A DNA stretch of 64,000 bases from Erythrobacteraceae bacterium (GTDB lineage Bacteria; Pseudomonadota; Alphaproteobacteria; Sphingomonadales; Sphingomonadaceae): NCBI GenBank assembly GCA_027487015.1, contig JAIYEK010000169.1:9080-73079 (forward strand), read 5' to 3'. The stretch's first letter is position 1, and every line of letters starts with the position of its first letter. Positions 32,199-41,375 of this stretch are shown here, one piece after another. A program made the position numbers and the translations under genes. The notes below the pieces were generated by a model, which worked only from the letters and a program-made list of their open reading frames with translations, did not search any database and was not told the DNA's origin.

Positions 32199-32248
32199 CT
32201 CCCTTCACACGGGTGGGGTCACAGGTTCAATCCCTGTCGCGCCCACCA
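32199..32248 (+). other. 3' fragment of a tRNA-Val(CAC)-like gene (anticodon arm to CCA); putative att site / island boundary
   Basis: ctccc-ttCACac-gggtg (anticodon arm, one mismatch), gggtc (variable loop), acagg-ttcaatc-cctgt (T arm), cgcgccc-a-cca (acceptor 3' strand plus CCA). There is no complementary 5' acceptor strand or D arm in the ~30 nt upstream, so it is not a complete tRNA. Confidence 0.65.
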
Positions 32249-32308
32249 TCTTTTCAATGACCTTGAAGAGATGGCGCAGGGATCGGATCGTCAATCCTGC
32301 TGCGCTGG

Positions 32309-33184
32309 TTAAGACCCCCGAAATTGCGCCTCCACCCATTGCGCGAGGCAATCGACAGCCTTGCGCCGCGCTGGCTCCATCCGGTGCGGCCGCAGGAAAT
32401 GGTAGCTGTGACGGTCCTTCACCGCGATATCGAACAGCCGGATCAGACGGCCGCTGGCGATATCGCTCGCCACGATCCGGCTGCGCGCCAGGGCGATGCC
32501 CTCGCCCGCGATAGCGGCGTCGAGCATCAGGTTGGTGTCGGAGAACAAGGGTCCGGAATCGCTCTCGGGCACGGCGAGACCTGCCGCCTCGAACCACGGG
32601 CGCCACGATTGGCGATCATGCCGCAACAACACCGCACGCGTCAGGTCGGCAGGCTGCGCAATCCCGGTCCGGGCGCGGTAATCGGGCGTGCAGACCGGGA
32701 ACAGGTATTCGTCACCCAGATGCACCACATGGACATCGGGCCAGTCGCCGGAACCATAGCGGATGGCGCAATCCACCCCGCCCGGAGTCAACGGCGCGAG
32801 TTCGAGTCTTGCGTCGATCCGCAGGTCGATGCCCGGATGGTCGGACCGGAATTGTCCCACGCGCGGAATGAGCCATCGCGATGCCATGCTCGGCAGCAGG
32901 CTGATCCGCAGGATCTGCGGCAGGTGTGCGTGATCGGGGAAAGCCGTCGTCAGCAGGCCGAGCGCCTCGCGCACCGGGATCAGCAGCCGCAACGCCTCGG
33001 GCGTGGGGCGCATCCCGTTGCCTTCGCGGATGAAGAGCGGGTAGCCGAGCGCCTGCTCAAGCGCGCGCAGGCGATGGCTGACGGCACCATGCGTCAGGCC
33101 CAGCTCGGCCGAGGCGCGGGTATAGCTGCCAAGCCGCGCGGCCGCCTCAAGCGCGCGCAGGGTCTGGAGCGAGGGGATCTGCAT
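32309..33184 (-). CDS. LysR-family transcriptional regulator
   Basis: MQIPSLQTLRALEAAARLGSYTRASAELGLTHGAVSHRLRALEQALGYPLFIRE is a LysR HTH, followed by a substrate-binding domain of typical length. Confidence 0.9.
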   Translation of the reverse strand: MQIPSLQTLRALEAAARLGSYTRASAELGLTHGAVSHRLRALEQALGYPLFIREGNGMRPTPEALRLLIPVREALGLLTTAFPDHAHLPQILRISLLPSMASRWLIPRVGQFRSDHPGIDLRIDARLELAPLTPGGVDCAIRYGSGDWPDVHVVHLGDEYLFPVCTPDYRARTGIAQPADLTRAVLLRHDRQSWRPWFEAAGLAVPESDSGPLFSDTNLMLDAAIAGEGIALARSRIVASDIASGRLIRLFDIAVKDRHSYHFLRPHRMEPARRKAVDCLAQWVEAQFRGS

Positions 33185-33267
33185 CGGCGTAAATGTGAAG
33201 AACGCTCACATCCTTGTCGAGGAGATTTCGTTGGTTGGCCCTGCCGCGCCGCGCTTATGTTGGTCCC

Positions 33268-34638
33268 ATGACCGAAATCGACCTCCTTGCCGACGCCGAT
33301 GCCCGCGCCCGCCGCTTCGTTGCCGCCAATGACACCCGCCGCGTCTTCCCGGATGCCGCCGCGCTCGCCGCGCTGGCGGGCTTCGACGAGCCGCTGACCG
33401 ACAGCGGCAGGCCCGAGGCGGAGACCCTCGCGATGCTCGACGAGCTCGGCTCCCCGGCGGCGGTGGCTGGCAATGGTCCGCGCTATTTCGGCTTCGTCGT
33501 GGGCGCGAGCCTGCCCGTCGCCGCGGCGGCCGAGCGGATGGTGCTGGCCTGGGACCAGAGCGCGAGCACGCCGCTCGGCGCACCGGGCGGAGCGGCGATT
33601 GAAGCGGTGGCCGGACGCTGGCTGCTCGACATCCTGCAACTGCCCTCCGAAAGCGCTGTGGGCTTCGGCACCTCGGCGAGCGCCTGCGGCCTCACCTGCA
33701 TCACCGCCGCGCGGCGCAGGCTGCTTGCGCAGGCAGGCTGGGATTTCGACCGCAAGGGTCTGGCCGGCGCGCCCGAGATCCGGGCCGTGGTGTCCGATGT
33801 CGCGCATGTCACGATGATCAAGGCCCTCAGGGTCCTCGGCTTCGGTACGGACAATCTCGTGGTGGCCGAGACCGATAGCAACGGTCGGATTGATCCCGCA
33901 AAGCTCCCGCCGCTCGACGCGCGGACCATCCTGTGCCTGCAGGCGGGCGAGGTGAACACGGGCGCCTTCGATCCCTTCGCTCAGATCATCCCGCGCGCCA
34001 AGGCTGCGGGTGCATGGGTCCATGTCGATGGCGCCTTCGGGCTGTGGGCGCGGGCCTCGGACAGGCTGCGCTGGCTGACCGAGGGTGTGGACCAGGCCGA
34101 CAGCTGGACCACCGACGGGCACAAATGGCTCAACACGCCCTACGACTGCGCCATGGCGATCGTCAGGGATGCCGAGGCGCTGGCGGGCGCGATGACGAGC
34201 GACGCCGCCTATTCGAGCGCAGGGGCCGACGCGCAGAAGAACCTCACCCTCGAATTCTCGCGCCGCGCGCGGGGGGTGGCGATCTGGGCAGCGTTGCGAT
34301 CGCTTGGACGTGCCGGGGTGGCCGAATTGGTCGAACGGTGCGTCGGACATGCGCAGCGGATCGGCGCTTCCTTGGAGGAGGCGGGATATGACGTCCTGAA
34401 CGACGTGGTTCTCAACCAGGTCCTGTTCCGAGCCGGCAGCGACGCGGAAACCGCGGCGATCCGCGAGGCTGCCGCGGCATCGGGCGAGATCTGGTTCGGC
34501 GGCACGGTCTGGCGCGGACGCCCGGCCTCGCGCATCAGCGTATCATCGTGGCGGACCCGCGACGAGCATGTCGAGCTGGCCATCGCCACGCTGCGGCAAC
34601 TGAAGGCCATGCAGCCAGGCGACGCCCGGGATACTTGA
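33268..34638 (+). CDS. pyridoxal-dependent (group II) decarboxylase family protein
   Basis: GNGPRYFGFVVGASLP, ILCLQAGEVNTGAFDP, WVHVDGAFGLWA and TDGHKWLNTPYDC (PLP-lysine region). ATG 33268 is preferred over the track start at 33214. It is divergent from the LysR gene. Confidence 0.8.
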   Translation: MTEIDLLADADARARRFVAANDTRRVFPDAAALAALAGFDEPLTDSGRPEAETLAMLDELGSPAAVAGNGPRYFGFVVGASLPVAAAAERMVLAWDQSASTPLGAPGGAAIEAVAGRWLLDILQLPSESAVGFGTSASACGLTCITAARRRLLAQAGWDFDRKGLAGAPEIRAVVSDVAHVTMIKALRVLGFGTDNLVVAETDSNGRIDPAKLPPLDARTILCLQAGEVNTGAFDPFAQIIPRAKAAGAWVHVDGAFGLWARASDRLRWLTEGVDQADSWTTDGHKWLNTPYDCAMAIVRDAEALAGAMTSDAAYSSAGADAQKNLTLEFSRRARGVAIWAALRSLGRAGVAELVERCVGHAQRIGASLEEAGYDVLNDVVLNQVLFRAGSDAETAAIREAAAASGEIWFGGTVWRGRPASRISVSSWRTRDEHVELAIATLRQLKAMQPGDARDT

Positions 34639-34692
34639 GGGGCCGCGCTATGCGGAGTGGTCAGGTGAGCCGGAATTCGGCCGGTCCAGCGT

Positions 34693-35943
34693 TCACTGTG
34701 GCTCGGCAGCAGCGCCCGCGCTGATTTCGAGCGGCGCAAGCTCCGCCCTCATCTCCCGTCCGCCGGTCCACGCCCTAGCGGTAATCGAGAGCGTCAGGAA
34801 GGGGCAGGCAGGTGGCCGCTCAACCGTAAAAACGCTCGCGCCGCCCGTGAAGGGGCGGTCAAAGAAGGGTTCCCCCCCGCCCCCGCAGGCGACCTTCAGC
34901 CTGAGGTCGCTGGTCTGCGATTGGGGTTCGACCTTGTGGCCAAGCCGCACAGTGAACGCCGCGCCGGGATTGCGCAGGACCTGCGCCGCGATCACGCCGC
35001 CATTGCCGGGCCTGACCGCGATCTCGAGCGTGCCGGACTGCTCGCCCGATTGCGCGCGGAAGCCGGGCTGGTCGGCGAGCTGCCAGTCGAACGGCGGGAA
35101 GTCCGCGCGCCACGCCTGCCCCGCCCCGTCCCGCTGGGGCCCTGCGACCTTGGCGTAAAGCCGCTCGGCCGCGTCCAGCCGGTCATCGGCGGCGAGGCGC
35201 GCGATTAGCTTGCGGTCGAACTCGCGGTCGTTGAGCGTGATCCGCTCGCGCACCGCAGCAAGGTTGTCGGGCGCGCCCGGAGCGATCACCGCGGCGGCGA
35301 GAAAGCCTTCGCGCCACGGCAAGGGCTGCGCGAGCAGGCGGGCGAAGGCGGGAACGGCTGCCGGCTGCTCGGCGAGGGTCTTGGCCAGCGCGGGGAAGAA
35401 CACATCGCGCCGATCTGGATCAACGCGCAGGATGGCATCGAGCGTGCCGATCGTGCCGGCATAGTCCCCGGACCGGCCGTATTCCTCGAGCAGCAGGGTC
35501 TGGAGCGCAGGATCGCGCCGGGTCAGCCGCGCCGCGGAGAAGAGAATATCCCGGCGCCGCGCGCCGTCAGGCTCGGCCAGCGCCAGCAGCACGAAAGCGC
35601 GCGCTGCCAGCGGCTCTCGCCGGATCGCGGCCCTGGCGGGTGCGACGGCGGAGGCAGCGAGACGGGCAAGGTCTTCCCCGCGAGGCGCGCTATCGGGCGA
35701 GGCCACGGTGCCGCCCGCTGCCGGAACGGCGGCCGCGGCGATCCTGCGATAGGCGACTTCTTCGGCAGCGAGCCCGTTTGCCGGGAACACGGCGAGCGCA
35801 CTATCGGGGGCACGGCGCAGGATGGTGCTGCTGAGTGCCTGCGCTCCGGAAAGCACCGCCAAGGGGATCGCGATCAGGCAGGCCAGCAGCACCCGCTTGC
35901 GATCACGCGGCAGCCCAGCCGGATCGCCCGCGCGCGCGGTCAC
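34693..35943 (-). CDS. hypothetical exported/anchored protein of the polysaccharide locus (Ala/Arg/Leu-rich helical repeats)
   Basis: It has an N-terminal TM/signal segment (VLLACLIAIPLAVLSGAQA). It overlaps the Wzc-like stop by 4 nt. No specific family was recognised. Confidence 0.55.
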   Translation of the reverse strand: MTARAGDPAGLPRDRKRVLLACLIAIPLAVLSGAQALSSTILRRAPDSALAVFPANGLAAEEVAYRRIAAAAVPAAGGTVASPDSAPRGEDLARLAASAVAPARAAIRREPLAARAFVLLALAEPDGARRRDILFSAARLTRRDPALQTLLLEEYGRSGDYAGTIGTLDAILRVDPDRRDVFFPALAKTLAEQPAAVPAFARLLAQPLPWREGFLAAAVIAPGAPDNLAAVRERITLNDREFDRKLIARLAADDRLDAAERLYAKVAGPQRDGAGQAWRADFPPFDWQLADQPGFRAQSGEQSGTLEIAVRPGNGGVIAAQVLRNPGAAFTVRLGHKVEPQSQTSDLRLKVACGGGGEPFFDRPFTGGASVFTVERPPACPFLTLSITARAWTGGREMRAELAPLEISAGAAAEPQ

Positions 35944-38099
35944 GCCTTGCCCGGCGCCCCGCTCCCCGCGGCGGCGCCCTGGCCGTAGCCGTAGCCATAG
36001 CCGTAACCGTAACCATAGCCGTAGCCGTGGGCATCAGCGCCCAGCTTGGTGACGATCACACCATAGACCCGCGCGCCAGTGCGGGTGAGACGGTTGATGG
36101 CGCTCTCGATCATGCGGATCTTGATGCGGTCAGCTTCGATCACATAGACCACGCCGTCAACCGTGCGCGCCAGTTCCACCGCATCGGCGAGCGAGAGCAT
36201 CGGGGCGCTGTCGATCAGCACGATGTCGTAGGCCGCCCGCGCTTCGGCGATGATCGCGCGGAGGCGGTCGCTCGCCAGCAATTCGACCGGGTTGGGCGGC
36301 CTGTGCCCGTGGGGCAGGAAATCGCACCCGAAGTCGTCGAGCTTGACGACCTGTTCGGCAAGGCTGGTCGCTTGACCGGCCAGCAACGCCACCAATCCGC
36401 CGCTCGGGACCGACATGTCCCTCACCAGATCCTGCATCCGGGAATTGCGCAGATCGGCGTCGATCAGCAGGACCTTCTTGCCGAGCTGGACAAAGCTCGT
36501 CGCGAGCGCAAGGCAGGAGCTGCTCTTGCCTTCCGAGGGCACCGAAGAGGCGATCATAAGCACTTGCGGCGCGCCCTGCGGGGTCAGGAAGGTAAGGTTG
36601 GTCCGGACCGACTTGTAGGCCTCGCTGATCTCGGAGGCGCGCGTGATGATCTCGGTGCGCATGTCTTCCGCCGAGGACCGCGGGATGAGGCCGAGCACCG
36701 GCAGGCCGAGCCGGCGGGTCACGTCCTGCGGGTCCTTGACCGACTGGCTGATGAGCACGCGGACATAGACCAGCGCAATTGCGAGGGCGACGCCGGCGCC
36801 CAGCGCAATCAGCATGTTCTGGAGCAGGCTGGGCGAGTAGGGCGCGCCGGGAACGGCGGCGCGGTCGATCAGGCCGATATTGTTCTGGCCGGCGCCCGAT
36901 GCCTCGAGTTCCTTGAAGCGCTGCAGCAGCGCGTCGTAAAGCTGGCGGTCCGTATCGACCTCGCGCTTGAGGATGCCATACTGGATGGTCAGTTCCTGCT
37001 GCCCTAGGAACCGGCCCTTGGCTTCTTCCAGCTTGGCGCGCAGCTGGGTTTCGCGGGCAATCGCAGCGCGCAAACCGGCGCGCGAGTCCGATCCCAGCGA
37101 GGCCTTGAGCGAGGCGACCTCGGCCTGCTTTTCGAGCAGCGGCGGATATTGCGGGCCGAAATTGGCCCGCAGGCTGGCGAGTTCAGCCTCTTTCTTGGAG
37201 AGTTCGGCCTTGAGCGAGTTGCGCGGATCCTGCGACGGGAAATCACCCGAGGCTGCCGCTGCCTCGGCGGTGATGCGATCGGTCGTGGCGGTGGCCAGCG
37301 CTTCATTAAGGGCGGTGAGATCGGATGCGATCAGGGTCTGGGTGGCGGTTTCCGAGCCGCCCTTCTCCCCGCCCGCTTCCAGCACGAGGATGCCGTTGCT
37401 GTTGGCATAGCCGACCAGTTTCTGCTCGGACAGGGCCAGCTTCTCGCGCAGTTCGGCGATCTGCTTGCTGAGGAACTCGCGCGCCTCGATATTGGCACCG
37501 AAGCGCTTTTCGTAGTTCGCCCTGATGAACTCCTCGGCCCACAGGTTTGCGACCTTGGCGGAGACTGCGGGAGACGCGCTTGAGAAGCCGACATCGACCA
37601 GGCTCGATTGCTCGATCGGCTTGACCGTGATGCCCTGAAGCAGGGCGTTCTCGATCGCGGCGCTGCTCAGGCCCTGCGACTTGTCGAGACCGACCGCTTC
37701 GATGAAGGCATCGTCGCGCAGCAGGTTGCCCGCATCGGCGACGCGCGCCGCCATGAATTTCGAGGCGAGCAGCTCGTACTGGGTGTTCAGATATTGGAGC
37801 GCCGAGGCCCGCGAGTCGGTCTTCAGCGAATCGATCGCGGTGACGTTGACGGTGATCTGCGACACCTCGATGCGCACCGTGGCGCGGTAGAGGGAGGTCG
37901 ACAGCAGGGTGACAACAAGGCCCGCCAGCAGCGCGAGCGTAACGATCCCCGCCAGCCACCAGCGCAGCGCGCGCGCCTCGAACCAGTAGCGTTCCAGATC
38001 GAGGTGAAAGCCGTGGGCGTCGTCCGCCGTAGCAGCCGCCGCACGTTCGGCGTCGCGGGATCCCGCATGGATCGCGGCTTCGGTTTGGGGCAGGTTCAT
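35940..38099 (-). CDS. wzc: polysaccharide co-polymerase / tyrosine autokinase (Wzc/GumC-like)
   Basis: Wzz-type N-terminus with TM segments and coiled coils. The kinase part carries the P-loop ASSVPSEGKSSS, then LLIDADLRN and VLIDSAP. The C-terminal tyrosine cluster is HGYGYGYGYGYGYGYGQG. Confidence 0.88.
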   Translation of the reverse strand: MNLPQTEAAIHAGSRDAERAAAATADDAHGFHLDLERYWFEARALRWWLAGIVTLALLAGLVVTLLSTSLYRATVRIEVSQITVNVTAIDSLKTDSRASALQYLNTQYELLASKFMAARVADAGNLLRDDAFIEAVGLDKSQGLSSAAIENALLQGITVKPIEQSSLVDVGFSSASPAVSAKVANLWAEEFIRANYEKRFGANIEAREFLSKQIAELREKLALSEQKLVGYANSNGILVLEAGGEKGGSETATQTLIASDLTALNEALATATTDRITAEAAAASGDFPSQDPRNSLKAELSKKEAELASLRANFGPQYPPLLEKQAEVASLKASLGSDSRAGLRAAIARETQLRAKLEEAKGRFLGQQELTIQYGILKREVDTDRQLYDALLQRFKELEASGAGQNNIGLIDRAAVPGAPYSPSLLQNMLIALGAGVALAIALVYVRVLISQSVKDPQDVTRRLGLPVLGLIPRSSAEDMRTEIITRASEISEAYKSVRTNLTFLTPQGAPQVLMIASSVPSEGKSSSCLALATSFVQLGKKVLLIDADLRNSRMQDLVRDMSVPSGGLVALLAGQATSLAEQVVKLDDFGCDFLPHGHRPPNPVELLASDRLRAIIAEARAAYDIVLIDSAPMLSLADAVELARTVDGVVYVIEADRIKIRMIESAINRLTRTGARVYGVIVTKLGADAHGYGYGYGYGYGYGYGQGAAAGSGAPGKA
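35983..36030. repeat. imperfect hexanucleotide tandem repeat (8 units) encoding the (GY)7 tail of Wzc
   Basis: ccgtag ccgtag ccatag ccgtaa ccgtaa ccatag ccgtag ccgtgg, read directly. Confidence 0.9.
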
Positions 38100-38854
38100 T
38101 GCTGGGTGATCAGGATCGCAGCGGTGGTGACGATCGGCGGCAGCACCTGGAGGAGAACCAGCAGGCGACGCCGCTCAGGCGAGTCCCCGACCATGACGAT
38201 GTCATTGGGGTAGAGCTGCGGATCAGGGTAGTTTCCGCGCTGGATCGCGCCGAGGTTGTAGACGCCGATGTAGCGCCGGTCAGCCACGCTCCGCATGATC
38301 AGCACATCGTCCAGTCTGGCATATTCGGTCAGCCCCTCGGCCTGATTGACAAGGCGCAGCAGTGTCGGCTGACCCGCGGCAGAATAGTTGCCGGGCTTCT
38401 TCACCTGCCCTCCGACCGAGATCGCAGGGACGGGAAATTCCTTGGGCAACACACGCACCTGCGGGTCGCGGACATAGGTGCCGCGCAGGGCATCGGCGAT
38501 GATGCGCCCGGCCTCGGCCGGGGTTTTGCCCGCGACGTCGAGCGTGCCCGTCAGCGGAAAATCGAGCCGGCTATCGACATCGGTGAGGAAGGTGCCGCTC
38601 AGGCTGGGGGCGCCGACCACTTCGATCTGAAGCGTCTCCTGCGGGCCGATCAAATAGGCGTTTACCCCTTGCGGGGGTGGGAGTTCCGCGAGCGTGGTGA
38701 CTTCAACGCCAGGGGCAAGGCCCACCGAACGGTCAGTCGCGCAGGAAGCCAAGGCTCCGGCGGCAGCAGTGAGGATGGCGATACGCCGCAGATTCGGAAA
38801 CATAGACCCCTTTCCGCCCGGCTTGCTCATTAATCGATTCTGGGACGCTGCCAA
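38096..38854 (-). CDS. wza: polysaccharide export outer-membrane lipoprotein (Wza-like)
   Basis: Lipobox LTAAAGALASC. A PES/SLBB-like block reads YLIGPQETLQIEV...GTLDVAGKTPAEAGRIIADAL...GQVKKPGNY. It shares an ATGA overlap with wzc. The real start may be an internal ATG. Confidence 0.85.
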   Translation of the reverse strand: MAASQNRLMSKPGGKGSMFPNLRRIAILTAAAGALASCATDRSVGLAPGVEVTTLAELPPPQGVNAYLIGPQETLQIEVVGAPSLSGTFLTDVDSRLDFPLTGTLDVAGKTPAEAGRIIADALRGTYVRDPQVRVLPKEFPVPAISVGGQVKKPGNYSAAGQPTLLRLVNQAEGLTEYARLDDVLIMRSVADRRYIGVYNLGAIQRGNYPDPQLYPNDIVMVGDSPERRRLLVLLQVLPPIVTTAAILITQQ

Positions 38855-38871
38855 CCTATTTCCTTCCTTAT

Positions 38872-40296
38872 TCAGTCAATTCTGCGGACATCAAGCCGGG
38901 CGGAACCCGCACCGGCCGGTTGTGCACGGTCCCGCGCAAGGCAGAGCAGAAGCCAGACCGAGACCGCTTGGAACGTCGGTGTGCGCAGCGGATAATCGAC
39001 CAACGAGGCAGCCATCAGGATTACCAACCACGCCGTCCAGAAGATCACCAGCGCATCCAGCCGCAGCCCTGCGCGCCGCGCCAGAGCGAGGACCGCTGTT
39101 CCTACCCACCCGAGCAGGCCAAGCAGACCCAGCGCGGCCATCAGCCCGCCTTCGATCACCAGCTGCGCCCAATCATTGTGCGCCTGATTGACATAGGCAG
39201 GAAGCAACAGGGCGGTTGGCTCGTAAATGCGGTAGACGGCGTCGAAGGACCCGAAGCCGGTCCCCACCAGCCAGTGATCGCGAGCCATTTCAGCGAGCAC
39301 GGGCCACAATGACCAGCGGATATCCTCGATCGTGCGATCCGTCAGCAGGTCCGCCGCAGCGGGCGCGCGGCCGAAGAACAGGAACGCGGAAACGAGGATC
39401 ACGATGGCGAGGCCACCTGCCCCAGCCAGCGCCAGCGCACGCGAGTTGCTGCCCCTCGCAGGCTGTTGGCGGGCGCGCCAATCGGTCCACAGCATCAGCC
39501 CGCCCGCCATCATCGCCAGCACCGCGCAGGCCAGACCCGCGCGCGATCCGCTGACCAGCACGCCGAGCAGAACCAGCAGGTACAGCGGCAAGAGCGCGAG
39601 GCGCCCTCGTGCAGGCAGGCTCTCGGATGGCTCCGCGGATGCGGCCACCGCGAGGCGCGCCAGCACCAGTAGCACAAGCGCGGCAAATACCGCGGCATGG
39701 TTCTCGTTGGCGAAGAGGCCGGTCGCTGCGCCGCGGTTGGTCAAGGCGTAGAGGTGAAAAGGGCCGCGCGGCCCGCCGATCACCTGAAGAATGCCGAGCA
39801 CCGCATTGCCTGCGCCCAGTCCGGCGATGGCCAGAAGGATGGTGCGCGTGCGCACCCGTATCGCAAGCGCCAACAGCAAGGCTGCGGCCGGCACCAGCAT
39901 CGCCAGCAGGCTATCGAGCGCCCGAAAGGGCGCCAGCGCGATCGGGCGCCACACGCCCTCGATCCCGGCGAGCCGGTCCAGCCCGGCGACCAGATCGCGC
40001 CCCGGCAAGGCCTGCCACAGGCTCGGCGGCAGGGGGACGAGCTGCACGATCATCCACACCGCCATCGCCCCGCCCAAGGCCAGCGGCACCCGCAACCCGG
40101 CAAGGTCGGCGGCGCGCAAGCGGACCAGCGCCGGGATCAGCAGCAACGCAGCGAGCGGCCGCAGCACGACATTCTGCACCGGATCGGGCCGCGCGCTCCC
40201 GCCCAGCAGAGCCAGCGCCGCCACGAACAAAGCGAACCACAGCCACCCGCGCGCATCCGCCTTGTGAGGTGCATCGGCCTGCCCGGAAAGGGTCAT
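38872..40296 (-). CDS. O-antigen ligase / Wzy_C family membrane protein
   Basis: From ATG 40296 (MTLSGQADAPHK...) it has many TM segments, plus the SGSRAGLACAVLAMMAGG and NQAHNDWAQLVIEGGL motifs. The 759-aa track ORF is an artefactual N-terminal extension through the next gene. Confidence 0.8.
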   Translation of the reverse strand: MTLSGQADAPHKADARGWLWFALFVAALALLGGSARPDPVQNVVLRPLAALLLIPALVRLRAADLAGLRVPLALGGAMAVWMIVQLVPLPPSLWQALPGRDLVAGLDRLAGIEGVWRPIALAPFRALDSLLAMLVPAAALLLALAIRVRTRTILLAIAGLGAGNAVLGILQVIGGPRGPFHLYALTNRGAATGLFANENHAAVFAALVLLVLARLAVAASAEPSESLPARGRLALLPLYLLVLLGVLVSGSRAGLACAVLAMMAGGLMLWTDWRARQQPARGSNSRALALAGAGGLAIVILVSAFLFFGRAPAAADLLTDRTIEDIRWSLWPVLAEMARDHWLVGTGFGSFDAVYRIYEPTALLLPAYVNQAHNDWAQLVIEGGLMAALGLLGLLGWVGTAVLALARRAGLRLDALVIFWTAWLVILMAASLVDYPLRTPTFQAVSVWLLLCLARDRAQPAGAGSARLDVRRID

Positions 40297-41375
40297 AGGG
40301 CGGTCGGATCCTTGATGATGTCGCCCGCCGGCGCGCCGAACAGCCACGTGTCGTAGGGCAGGTAGCACTGTTCGAACAGCGAGGATGTCTGCGTCCAGCC
40401 CACGAACATGACGGTGAGCGCCACGTATGGCAGCGCGACATGCTGCCACTTGTACCGCGCGAAGGCAAAGAACGGCAGCCGGGCGAAGATCATCGCCTGG
40501 ATGGGGATGAGGTAATAGGCGAAGCGATCGGCGATGACGCTCGACAGCACGAGCAGAGCCATCGCGACACCCATCCCCAGCGCGCCAATGCTGACAAGGG
40601 GGAGTTCCTGCGGATAGACCTGCTCCCACTTGCGGCGCAGGAAGACGTAGAAATAGCCTCCAGTCAGGAAGATCGCCCCGACCCGAAAGATCGCGCCGAA
40701 GGCATCGATCCCGCCGCCGATATAGCGAGCCGTCGCCTGCTCCGCGTTGTATCCCCCGGCAAGCACCAGCAGTCCGGGCAACGCCAGCAGCCCCGCCATG
40801 ATAAGCCGGTTGCGAGTGTAGCGGCCCGTCGACAGCGGCGCGAGCAAGATGAAAACCAGCGCGCTGGTGTGGAACCCGGCAGCCAGCAGGACCATCAACG
40901 CGAAGCGCAGCGGACGGCGGTCGATGAAGGCGGCGAAGGCCAGGCACATCACCCCGATCGCGGCCCCCTGCCGGATCCCCGACATCGGCATGTTGATGAT
41001 CAGGATGGGGAACAGCAGCACCAGAAAGGCCAGCGGATCGGGCTGGCGGCGCGCCAGCACATGAACTCCGCCAAAGAAGACCCCGGCCGAAATCACGTTG
41101 ACCACCGGGTAATAGAGCCCCTGCTCCTTCACCCACCGAAGGATGAGCCACCAGACGGGCTCGTTGAAGTCGGCGATAAGCTGCCCTGCGGCGTAATCAG
41201 CCGCGTCATACTGGTAGAAATAGCCCGACCAATCGCAGCCGACCTGGTAGCGAAACGCCGCAAACACGAACAGGAAAGCAAGAACCGGCCAGTACAGCCG
41301 GGCGCGCACACGCCGCGCGCCGAGCGTGGTGTAGCTCAGCGCGAAAAGCACCAGGGCGACGAGAATATAGATCAC
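40293..41375 (-). CDS. EpsG-family polysaccharide polymerase-like membrane protein
   Basis: MIYILVALVLFALS...FAAFRYQVGCDWSGYFYQYD is the EpsG signature, with about 10 TM segments. Confidence 0.75.
   Translation of the reverse strand: MIYILVALVLFALSYTTLGARRVRARLYWPVLAFLFVFAAFRYQVGCDWSGYFYQYDAADYAAGQLIADFNEPVWWLILRWVKEQGLYYPVVNVISAGVFFGGVHVLARRQPDPLAFLVLLFPILIINMPMSGIRQGAAIGVMCLAFAAFIDRRPLRFALMVLLAAGFHTSALVFILLAPLSTGRYTRNRLIMAGLLALPGLLVLAGGYNAEQATARYIGGGIDAFGAIFRVGAIFLTGGYFYVFLRRKWEQVYPQELPLVSIGALGMGVAMALLVLSSVIADRFAYYLIPIQAMIFARLPFFAFARYKWQHVALPYVALTVMFVGWTQTSSLFEQCYLPYDTWLFGAPAGDIIKDPTAL

Noticed and set aside
32173-32248. A complete tRNA gene ending at the CCA at 32248
   Set aside because: The 76 nt upstream of the CCA lack a D arm (no TAGCTCAG-type sequence). 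They also lack a 5' acceptor strand complementary to CGCGCCC. Only the 3' ~50 nt fold as tRNA.
33094-34350. 418-aa ORF on the minus strand
   Set aside because: It is antisense to the PLP-decarboxylase gene, which has clear family motifs. Its translation is Arg/Gly/Pro/Ala-rich with no motifs, the typical shadow ORF of high-GC DNA.
35835-37007. 390-aa ORF on the plus strand (plus 37608-38213 and 38099-38833)
   Set aside because: They are antisense to the wzc and wza genes. Composition is Arg/Asp/Gly-rich with no recognisable domains.
40297-41151. N-terminal 285-aa extension of the 759-aa track ORF (38872-41151)
   Set aside because: The extension runs out of frame through the EpsG-family gene and is Arg/Gly/Pro-rich. 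The membrane protein proper starts at ATG 40296 with an ATGA overlap.
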